From the IMG/VR virus record IMGVR_UViG_3300045988_136351: DNA of 20,450 nt; one strand, given 5' to 3'. Below, one piece after another: positions 1-7,044 of this stretch (its first letter is position 1; every line of letters starts with the position of its first letter). Made by a program: the position numbers and the translations under genes. The notes under the pieces were generated by a model. It did no database searches, had not been told where the DNA came from, and saw nothing but the letters and a program-made list of their open reading frames with translations. The DNA is from a virus.

Positions 1-110
1 TGTGTAGTGTCAGCATAACCATGTTCCCCATTGGCGCACACATGTTCACAGAACACGAACACACATAGGATAATATTAGTTAACACTAACTAACACAATA
101 CAACACCGCC

Positions 111-190
111 TCGCTCCGCTCGGTGTTGGTTCGCTCCGCTCACCTTGGACTCGCTCCGCTCGGTGTAGTCTCACTCTGTTCGACTCACCT
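111..190 (+). repeat. Four tandem 20-bp units inside the left ITR; three have an identical GC-rich core TCGCTCCGCTC
   Basis: Units are 111-130 tcgctccgctcggtgttggt, 131-150 tcgctccgctcaccttggac, 151-170 tcgctccgctcggtgtagtc and a degenerate 171-190 tcactctgttcgactcacct. The period is exactly 20 bp. Confidence 0.9.
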
Positions 191-330
191 CACCACACCA
201 TACTACATAGCACATTATTACACATCACACCACACACCACACTACATTACACGCCACTACACAAGAATGTTCCACGTGAAACAATGACACACACGGCTCG
301 GTTGTGGATTATGTGAAATTACAAAAACAC

Positions 331-358
331 TTGTATTCTAGAATAGGTGTGCTATACT
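331..358 (+). promoter_or_regulatory. Early promoter inside the left ITR, reading inward
   Basis: -35 TTGTAT (331-336), 16-nt spacer, extended -10 TGcTATACT (350-358). The spacer contains the 10-bp palindrome ATTCTAGAAT (335-344). SD GAAGGAGGG and the ATG at 386 lie downstream. Confidence 0.6.
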
Positions 359-385
359 ATAGGTGAAAAGAAGGAGGGCTACAAC

Positions 386-628
386 ATGACTAAAGAAAAA
401 TATAAAGAGTACATTCAAAAACAATATGATTATGTACTAGAACAAATTAGTGGATGGCATGAGTCCGTTAATGTGTTAAAATCTTTATCTGATTATATTA
501 GTGATTGTATTGATATAACTGAGGGTATCTATAATGATAAAGATATCGATTTTCAATCTTACTCTGAATTAAGTGAAATGATTAATTACAAATTTAGAGA
601 AGTTTGTAGGATTGTAAAGAAGGGCTAG
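386..628 (+). CDS. Hypothetical early protein (80 aa), mildly acidic
   Basis: The track ORF 347..628 starts at a GTG with no SD. The ATG at 386 sits 6-7 nt after GAAGGAGGG. The first 10 nt of the CDS lie inside the ITR. Confidence 0.7.
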   Translation: MTKEKYKEYIQKQYDYVLEQISGWHESVNVLKSLSDYISDCIDITEGIYNDKDIDFQSYSELSEMINYKFREVCRIVKKG

Positions 629-631
629 CGT

Positions 632-841
632 ATGAGTAATTACACTAGTCTTAATCGTTTATGTTCTGAATTAAATAGAACACTTGGTATTACAAGTGAT
701 ATTGAAAGAGAGAACTTAATTCGGTCCTATTATAATCAAGGGCTGATTAGTTATAGGCAGTATTATTTATTATTGGTTAGTGTTAGAAAACACGAGTATA
801 TTAATAATATATTCGTATCTATGTATAGTGAGAATTGGTAG
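632..841 (+). CDS. Hypothetical early protein (69 aa)
   Basis: ORF packed tightly after the previous stop, with a GAAGGG SD-like element upstream. Confidence 0.6.
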   Translation: MSNYTSLNRLCSELNRTLGITSDIERENLIRSYYNQGLISYRQYYLLLVSVRKHEYINNIFVSMYSENW

Positions 842-849
842 TGATATTT

Positions 850-1125
850 ATGATCCCGCAAAGATTTTATTTATATGAGAAATGGATTACTGAACTGTAT
901 GATAATGCTGTTGATAAAATAAATGAAACGAATAAATTAGATGATCTAGAAAAGATTTATAACGCATTTTGTTTTACAAGTGATAGTTATTTGAATGTTC
1001 TTGAATATGCGCTTAGGTGTAAAAAGCGTGTTGAATTAATTAATTTAATTCATTCAAACCATAAAAAGATTAGAACTTTATTTTTAAAGAAAGTTAAGGT
1101 GGTAAATAATGTTATTGGTAGATAA
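850..1125 (+). CDS. Hypothetical early protein (91 aa)
   Basis: The track ORF starts at a TTG at 835. The first ATG is at 850. The SD is weak, so the start is uncertain. Confidence 0.55.
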   Translation: MIPQRFYLYEKWITELYDNAVDKINETNKLDDLEKIYNAFCFTSDSYLNVLEYALRCKKRVELINLIHSNHKKIRTLFLKKVKVVNNVIGR

Positions 1126-1294
1126 TCCTATAACTTTTGAATTTTATTTTACATTTGATAATTTAATTGTGTTACATTCTACAGACTATCAATTTGTTCA
1201 AGATGTATATAATAATTATTATGAAAAGTATGGTGATAAACATACATATTATTTGTATACAGTGGCTAAATATGATTTAAAAATGAGAACTTAA
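1109..1294 (+). CDS. Hypothetical early protein (61 aa)
   Basis: SD AAGGTGG lies 6 nt before the ATG at 1109. The ORF ends in the bidirectional terminator. Confidence 0.6.
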   Translation: MLLVDNPITFEFYFTFDNLIVLHSTDYQFVQDVYNNYYEKYGDKHTYYLYTVAKYDLKMRT

Positions 1295-1319
1295 AAGAGT
1301 GCACTAATGGCACTCTTTT
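1293..1319. terminator. Bidirectional intrinsic terminator between the convergent operons
   Basis: 10-bp stem aaaagagtgc / gcactctttt with a 7-nt loop, and A/T runs on both sides. It lies between the stop at 1292-1294 (+) and the stop at 1323-1325 (-). Confidence 0.8.
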
Positions 1320-1322
1320 ATT

Positions 1323-2339
1323 TTAATATTTACTTAATATATAACTTAATAATCGTTTCGTTTCTTGGTTGTTGTAATACACGCAACCATCTCGATATGA
1401 TCGTATTAGCATGTTTAGTCTTTGGTCTTTACGCCATAATTTCGCGATCATCATATTTTCACGATTGTTACTTCCAATGGAATAACAATATCCGTATTCT
1501 TTGTTTATCTGTTGATTGATATATACATAGCCTGTATTCATATCTATCCAAACACCATAGTAAATATCATCATAGTATAATGTACATAAATAATTACATA
1601 CATTCGTTTTCTTTTTAATAAAGTCGTTTGTATCATATGCAAACTTACCAGCGTTATATTCTCCGTATGTAGTACCGGATATTAATTTATGAAATTTCGA
1701 TTTTTCTTTGTTTCCTTTTTTATATTCATTGTGACAGATTTGGACTACAATTTGCTCGACGGACTCACTACCTTTAAATGTATTAAATTCCTTATTGGGG
1801 TCGGGTGTGATACCAAAATAACTAAAATAAGGGTTAACGATACTTGCGTTATTTGCTAGTAAATATACATGTCCTTCTCGCTGTCTAAATATAGAGTCAA
1901 TAATATTTAATAATATTTCAACTTCATTCGGAATGTATGCGTTAAATCCTGCCTTTTCCGGTATAAACTCGTCAACAATAATTGTATCAATATCTACATA
2001 ACTTGTTGATTTTAAACTTGCAAACGCTGTTAGCGATGTTGCGTATCCCATCTCACAGCCATTGATATAAAAGGTGGTAAAATTACTACCACCTGTGATT
2101 TTAAATTCGTCATCTTTGAAATTTTCAAATTGATCGTTTAAAAATGTTTTGATTTTCTTTAGGTCTGTTTTGTAACGACGTAGATAAAGAAATTGTTTTC
2201 CTTTTTTCTTGTATCGACTGATACAGTCTTTTTTAAATCCATAGGTTTTACCAATTCCACGACCGCCAATGATGAAATTTAGAAATTTATTATATGACTT
2301 TATGTTGGTGGGACTGTACCAATCAATTGACTTTGTCAT
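1323..2339 (-). CDS. DNA encapsidation (packaging) ATPase, phi29 gp16-like
   Basis: Walker A GGRGIGKT and Walker B IIVDEF. The N-terminal string SYNKFLNFIIGGRGIGKTY...QFLYLRRYK parallels phi29 gp16 as I recall it. The start overlaps the lysin stop (ATGA). Confidence 0.93.
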   Translation of the reverse strand: MTKSIDWYSPTNIKSYNKFLNFIIGGRGIGKTYGFKKDCISRYKKKGKQFLYLRRYKTDLKKIKTFLNDQFENFKDDEFKITGGSNFTTFYINGCEMGYATSLTAFASLKSTSYVDIDTIIVDEFIPEKAGFNAYIPNEVEILLNIIDSIFRQREGHVYLLANNASIVNPYFSYFGITPDPNKEFNTFKGSESVEQIVVQICHNEYKKGNKEKSKFHKLISGTTYGEYNAGKFAYDTNDFIKKKTNVCNYLCTLYYDDIYYGVWIDMNTGYVYINQQINKEYGYCYSIGSNNRENMMIAKLWRKDQRLNMLIRSYRDGCVYYNNQETKRLLSYILSKY

Positions 2340-3061
2340 TTGAATACTCCATATGGCAAGTAATTAATACCCTTTGAATTTAATTCACCGCCAGCCATCC
2401 ATCTACGTTTACCGCTATTACTAATCCAACTAATCCATACATATCCATCACGCTTTACATATCCGTCATATCGTACACTCATACCATTCGTATAATATAG
2501 ACCCGTGTCATTTCCTTTTTGGCTTGGCGCTTCTCTAATTTTAATTGTGCAATTTGGGTAGAAAGTACCATATTCCTTAATAAAATCTTTTGGAATTTCG
2601 TTTAACACCTTTTCACTTTTTTCATCACTTAAAATCATGGCTTTAGGCATAAAAGCGGTATCGAATGTAGCTGAATATGGTAGTGAAACAATATTCACTA
2701 AACCGTTCTTATCACCTTGGTTTGCACCTAAAAAGCGACCGTATACACCGTTTATATCGCTATCAAAAATCGCGACATGACTCCATGGCGTAATATTTGG
2801 TACCTCTTTAAATACAACGATTGCACCTGGCTGTAATTCTGTAATTTCAAGACAATTGTATGTCATTCCATTTGTTTGTCGGTTCAACCAAATATCTTTA
2901 ACGTATCCGCTAGATGTGCAATCAGCACCTTTAAATCCGTTCTTTTCGCACCAGTCAAAATACAAATCCCAACATTGCGAGCCGTAAGCTCCATCACGAT
3001 CTACATATGTACCTAATACTTTTCGCCTATAATCATAATATTTATTTACATTAATATTCAT
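2336..3061 (-). CDS. Endolysin with N-terminal CHAP domain and C-terminal SH3b-type wall-binding domain
   Basis: CHAP-type Cys (GSQCWDL) and His (WSHVAIFD). The C-terminal region IKIREAPS...GYVWISWISNSGKRRWMAGG is SH3_5-like. Strong SD AGGAGGT. Confidence 0.88.
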   Translation of the reverse strand: MNINVNKYYDYRRKVLGTYVDRDGAYGSQCWDLYFDWCEKNGFKGADCTSSGYVKDIWLNRQTNGMTYNCLEITELQPGAIVVFKEVPNITPWSHVAIFDSDINGVYGRFLGANQGDKNGLVNIVSLPYSATFDTAFMPKAMILSDEKSEKVLNEIPKDFIKEYGTFYPNCTIKIREAPSQKGNDTGLYYTNGMSVRYDGYVKRDGYVWISWISNSGKRRWMAGGELNSKGINYLPYGVFK

Positions 3062-3071
3062 ATTTTACCTC

Positions 3072-3791
3072 CTAGAATATATTAAAAAATAATCCATATT
3101 CCTGTAATTCCGCGTATAACTCGTTTTCAATGGTAATAACCGCACGTCGTGAACCTTGTAACACTTCCGCCAGTGTTTGGATACCAATATTACCTTTACG
3201 CTTAAAGCTGTATTCTTCATGCCCTGTTGTGTCGTTTGCGCTCTTTGGTTTTGTGATTGTTTTAGCGATGTTATTAACATAGTCGTTTGTCTCAATGTCA
3301 ATACGTCCTTCCGGAGTTACAGACTGTAAAGCAATGCTCGTATCTTCTCCACTTGCCTGTGTGTTTCCTCGACTATCACGCGTATAAGTTTCTGTGTAGT
3401 TTGTGTTTGCGGTTGGGTCGTCCTGGTCTTGAAAAGGGATAGTTTTAAATAACGTATAATATCTATCCATATTGATTTCAAACCAGTGTTGCAATTCAAA
3501 TTTCCAATACGCATAGGTTTCTTGTCCGATTTCGTCAAACCAAAAGTGCTTTAGTATTCCCGTCTCTAAAGCTTTACGTTTTTCAGCATCATCATAAAAC
3601 GCATAGTTAAAATCGAAAATCTTTTTTCTTGCAATCTCTAGCACTTCCATATCGCTTAATTCATATTGAGCGTCAATTAATTCTGTGAATGCTAGGTTGT
3701 GACATACACCGCATATAGTTTCGGTATTTTCCGCAAGCACCGGACTTTGCAAAGTCAATAAATAGTTTGGTAGTTTTAATTTGTTAAACAT
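3072..3791 (-). CDS. Putative lower collar protein (phi29 gp11 position)
   Basis: Lies immediately downstream of the portal gene and is of similar size class. The track start is a GTG at 3800; the ATG at 3791 follows GAAGGTGA. The call rests on synteny only. Confidence 0.6.
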   Translation of the reverse strand: MFNKLKLPNYLLTLQSPVLAENTETICGVCHNLAFTELIDAQYELSDMEVLEIARKKIFDFNYAFYDDAEKRKALETGILKHFWFDEIGQETYAYWKFELQHWFEINMDRYYTLFKTIPFQDQDDPTANTNYTETYTRDSRGNTQASGEDTSIALQSVTPEGRIDIETNDYVNNIAKTITKPKSANDTTGHEEYSFKRKGNIGIQTLAEVLQGSRRAVITIENELYAELQEYGLFFNIF

Positions 3792-3792
3792 A

Positions 3793-4734
3793 TTAATCAC
3801 CTTCTTTTTTAGTTGCTAAATCATCTTTAAAATCTGAAAGTTTTGTATCACCATTTAATTCAATCAATTTTAAAATATCCTCAAAGTCCTCATATGGTGC
3901 AAACTCAACACTCGCGTTTAAATTAAATTTCTTGTTTAATTCTTCAATCGCTTTTTTACGCTCACTAAGCCAAATATTACGAGACGCAATAACCTGTTGA
4001 TTGTTCGCGTTAACCTCATCCGCTACTAATCGCTCTTTTTTGTCCATGTTCGCATTTTCAATTCCTAATAAAGTCATGCACTCACGCAAAATTGCTTGTT
4101 TCATGCCGTGCAATTCATCCGCAATAAAAGGTGCATTTGTTTGTAGTACTTTAACGTCTTCCGTTCTAAATCCTTTTGAAGTAAAGATCGTTTGAACCCC
4201 TTGTAAAATCTTTTTTATAAACACTTTGAATTGTTGTAACATACGTTTATCACCTGTAATGATGTACGGCGTCCATTGCATGGTCAAATTTTGGTCCATT
4301 GTGCGACTCGTTAAAGCTAGTTTTTTAGCGAAAAAGTTTAAGTATGGAAAAATACCAACATATAAAGGACTGTTCTTCATAATAACACACTCTTCATTTG
4401 ATAAATTCTTTTTAACAAGTGGACTTGTTGAAACGGTATGATATTCGGTTGGCATTTGATAGTGGTTTAACTTACCGCCTAATGTGATTTCACTACAGAT
4501 TAAGCCTAACCTTTCATCATCATAAAAGCCAATGTAACCACGTGTTTGTAAAACATATTCTAAATAGAATGTATTAATGGACTCCGGCAAACCTTTATAT
4601 TTAAACATATTTAAACTCAACATTTGTAAATACGTATAATAAATAAAATCAGCCTCTCCATTATTCATCGTAGCAACATCTACCGCGTTCCTACAATAAT
4701 CTGTGAACGAACTTGTATTATTCAATAAATCCAT
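3793..4734 (-). CDS. Portal / upper collar connector protein, phi29 gp10-like
   Basis: YLQMLSLNMFKYKGLPESINTFYLE...GYIGFY and LGIENANMDKKERLVADEV parallel phi29 gp10 (LQSLAYQLFEWENLPPTIN...GYVGFY; LGIKNANLEKKERMVTDEV). The SD-supported ATG is at 4734; the track start is 4743. Confidence 0.9.
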   Translation of the reverse strand: MDLLNNTSSFTDYCRNAVDVATMNNGEADFIYYTYLQMLSLNMFKYKGLPESINTFYLEYVLQTRGYIGFYDDERLGLICSEITLGGKLNHYQMPTEYHTVSTSPLVKKNLSNEECVIMKNSPLYVGIFPYLNFFAKKLALTSRTMDQNLTMQWTPYIITGDKRMLQQFKVFIKKILQGVQTIFTSKGFRTEDVKVLQTNAPFIADELHGMKQAILRECMTLLGIENANMDKKERLVADEVNANNQQVIASRNIWLSERKKAIEELNKKFNLNASVEFAPYEDFEDILKLIELNGDTKLSDFKDDLATKKEGD

Positions 4735-4766
4735 TTTAATCATCTCCTTTTAATTATATATTAAAT

Positions 4767-4792
4767 AAAAAAGGTTGAACCGTCAACCTTTT
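4767..4792 (-). terminator. Intrinsic terminator after the tail-knob gene
   Basis: Stem aaggttga / tcaacctt with loop accg, followed by a T-run on the - strand. Confidence 0.7.
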
Positions 4793-4796
4793 CCAT

Positions 4797-6986
4797 TTAA
4801 TGTACTTTTCTATTTAAGTAGTTACCGAACTTATCAATATCTTCATGTTGATATCTTTCGGTATTTACTTGATCATAATTTCCAACATTTTTATCATGCC
4901 ATAGTGTAATGCCATTATCAAATACACGTTTGATTTTTTCCAAGTCGTTCGGGTCGATATTTGTACCTTTGATATTACATTTTACAGTTTGAATATAATT
5001 CCATTTAGATTTGGTATGTAAATTTGGGTAGTCAATTGTATTAGTGGCATAACCGCGCATGTTCCATATTTGATTTAATTTATTACGGTATTCTTCAGTT
5101 GGCTTATACGCAAACAATATTAATGTGTTTAAATCTAAAGCTGTTTGTCGTAGTAAATCATTTGAGCCAGTAACAATACTATCAGCCGTGGCTTGTGCGT
5201 CATGGATACGTGCGTTGTAACTATCCATAGCGTTTTGAATATTCGTTTGATTTTGGTATCGTGTTGTTAATTGTCTTAATTGGTTTCCGATTTCGGTTGA
5301 TTGAGAATTAGCACTCGCTTGTGCATTTGCGTTTGCAAGTGCGTTTGCGTTTTGTAAGTTGGTTTGTTTTGTGTTAATTTGATTTTGCATGGCTGTTTGT
5401 CCAATGCCTAAACCAGCTCCAACCAAACTACCAACAGCACCACCAATATTACCGGTTAAAGCACTAGCTATACCACCACTTAAACCACCTATAGCGCCTA
5501 TGCTGGCATTTATCATATTTGATTTATTCTGTAGATCGTTCAAATTACTAGCTAAATTTGTATTACGTGCGGTTACACTTAAATTCAAATTATTTTGCAA
5601 GTTTGTTTGTGCACTTAACGCATTACCTGTAGCACTGGCTATAGCTGTATTTGTTTCATTTGAGCGTCTAATATTGGATAATCCAACGTTCATAGAGTTA
5701 CGTGAAGATTGTAGCATTAACGCGGTTGTGTCACTAATAATAGGTAAACTTGATTCATATTGAGATTCAAAAGAGTTATCTAAGTTTAACATAATATTAT
5801 TACCGATAGAATTTTTTTTAACTTTATAATTAATTGGAACTACATTCATTTTAGACGAGTTTGGTGAGCCAACAAAAGCGAATTGCATTTTATGTATATT
5901 TTCCCATAACTCATTTTTAAATAATTTTGTTGTTCCATTGCTATCGCTTAACACAAAATAACTATAAGGATACCATAGCATTTTAGTGTTGTCACTTGCT
6001 CCAATACCTAAATAACTCATAGCGTCTATTAACCGTGATTTTGCGAACTGGTCTGAACTTGAATCATACATACTTGACATAACATATGGCTTATAGGTCA
6101 GTATAGTATAGTCACCTTCCATTTTATTCTCAAAACAGTCTCTTTTTATGATGATTTGGTTATCTTCTACTACTAAACCGGGAATTGAATTCGTTACAAC
6201 AATAGAAACACATTTACCTACTAATACCTCCGATGTTCGAATTGCGTTCATGATCTCGCTTAAACCTGTAATACTTACAACCGTGCCGGATGTTGAACCT
6301 ATTTTCAATGTTTTTATGTCACCGCCTGTAATTCGTGAAAAAGGAAAAATATAATAATTAATTTGTGATGGACTTCCTAGTGTTCCATGTGTATATGTGT
6401 CTTTTCCGTCCATTGTACAAGTCATACCAATAATAGCATAACTTCTATCTTGATTCGGATCTAATCTAATATTGTTTTCACTAATCAAATCCGTACCAAT
6501 TTCCAAATTTTCGGGTTGTGTATTAATACATGGATAATATTGATTATCTTGTGTGTAAAATTGTGGTCTATGCTCATATGCGATGTATGACTCCATGAAA
6601 TTACTTTCAATCTCAAACCGCCAAGTCTGTATTACATCTGTTTCAAAACTAATACTAGTCGCATTGTCGTTTAGATATCCTAAACTTGTGATAAAGCAAT
6701 AAATCCATTTTGCTTTATTACCGGTATTTCCATTTTGATAAATCAAATAATTGTATAAACGTAGATCATCATAAACACCCGGTACGACTACCGTACCATC
6801 TTTTCTTTGATACGTGTAATTTTCAAATACAATATGATCGTAGTTATTAATAAAAAAATTAAATTGTTTTTCGGGGGTATCGAATGCACCCCAAAATGTG
6901 TTATTCATGGCGTCAATTTCTAAACCCTTCAATAAATAAATCTTACTTTGCGGTGTAAATTGACTGTTAACGACTCCTATACTCAT
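4797..6986 (-). CDS. Tail knob protein, phi29 gp9-like, with an expanded low-complexity region and a Gly-rich hydrophobic segment
   Basis: GNKAKWIYCFITSL...FETDVIQTWRFEI and the C-terminal WNYIQTVKC...FDNGITLWHDKNVGNY parallel phi29 gp9. The SD-supported ATG is at 6986; the track start is 6995. Confidence 0.9.
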   Translation of the reverse strand: MSIGVVNSQFTPQSKIYLLKGLEIDAMNNTFWGAFDTPEKQFNFFINNYDHIVFENYTYQRKDGTVVVPGVYDDLRLYNYLIYQNGNTGNKAKWIYCFITSLGYLNDNATSISFETDVIQTWRFEIESNFMESYIAYEHRPQFYTQDNQYYPCINTQPENLEIGTDLISENNIRLDPNQDRSYAIIGMTCTMDGKDTYTHGTLGSPSQINYYIFPFSRITGGDIKTLKIGSTSGTVVSITGLSEIMNAIRTSEVLVGKCVSIVVTNSIPGLVVEDNQIIIKRDCFENKMEGDYTILTYKPYVMSSMYDSSSDQFAKSRLIDAMSYLGIGASDNTKMLWYPYSYFVLSDSNGTTKLFKNELWENIHKMQFAFVGSPNSSKMNVVPINYKVKKNSIGNNIMLNLDNSFESQYESSLPIISDTTALMLQSSRNSMNVGLSNIRRSNETNTAIASATGNALSAQTNLQNNLNLSVTARNTNLASNLNDLQNKSNMINASIGAIGGLSGGIASALTGNIGGAVGSLVGAGLGIGQTAMQNQINTKQTNLQNANALANANAQASANSQSTEIGNQLRQLTTRYQNQTNIQNAMDSYNARIHDAQATADSIVTGSNDLLRQTALDLNTLILFAYKPTEEYRNKLNQIWNMRGYATNTIDYPNLHTKSKWNYIQTVKCNIKGTNIDPNDLEKIKRVFDNGITLWHDKNVGNYDQVNTERYQHEDIDKFGNYLNRKVH

Positions 6987-7015
6987 CTTAATCATCTCCT
7001 TTTATTTTATCTTAT

Positions 7016-7044
7016 AAAAAAATAGTTGAATGTTCAACTATTTT
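7016..7044 (-). terminator. Intrinsic terminator after the gp13-like gene; part of a 32-nt element duplicated at 11075..11106
   Basis: Stem atagttga / tcaactat with loop atgt, flanked by A7/T4 runs. It overlaps the stop codon at 7043-7045. Confidence 0.75.

Larger units (their letters stand above)
1..395. repeat. Left inverted terminal repeat, 395 bp
   Basis: Bases 1..395 match the reverse complement of 20056..20450 exactly in a block-by-block comparison. Identity ends after ATGACTAAAG (386..395). The presence of terminal protein and protein-primed polymerase genes argues these are true genome ends. Confidence 0.96.

Noticed and set aside
111-190. The 20-bp direct repeats as a possible mini-CRISPR array
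   Set aside because: The units are contiguous, with 9-nt variable parts rather than spacers of about 30 nt. The array is duplicated in both ITRs of a phage genome and there are no cas genes.
347-385. N-terminal extension MCYTIGEKKEGYN shared by the track ORFs 347..628 and 19793..20104
   Set aside because: It is the translated 5'UTR within the ITR, including the -10 box and SD. It starts at a GTG with no RBS. The SD-supported ATGs are at 386 and 20065.
1307-1519. Other + strand ORFs inside - strand genes: 1307..1519, 4001..4195, 4226..4441, 6148..6354, 9729..10082, 10139..10354, 10662..10871, 11088..11303, 13860..14081, 15407..15601, 15568..15753, 16461..16652 and 17837..18136
   Set aside because: All are fully antisense to strongly supported genes and lack SD sequences. 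Their hydrophobic, low-complexity composition is typical of AT-rich antisense frames.
3065-3538. Same-strand nested ORFs in alternative frames: 3065..3301, 3317..3538, 7435..7632, 9256..9543 and 12994..13203
   Set aside because: They are embedded in longer genes with recognisable homology or structure. They have no RBS and a biased composition, so they are most likely chance open frames.
3793-4743. Recurrent MIKM / MINM / MNSM / MFKM N-termini in the ORF track, which could suggest a shared signal peptide
   Set aside because: This is an artefact. The upstream ATG or GTG lies inside the long SD (GGAGATGATTAAnATG or GGTGATTAAnATG). The real starts are the second ATGs, 9 nt downstream.
5389-5763. 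124-aa proline/alanine-rich + strand ORF
   Set aside because: It is an antisense shadow of the Gly/Ala/Asn low-complexity region of the tail-knob gene. It has no SD and lies on the opposite strand to a well-supported CDS.
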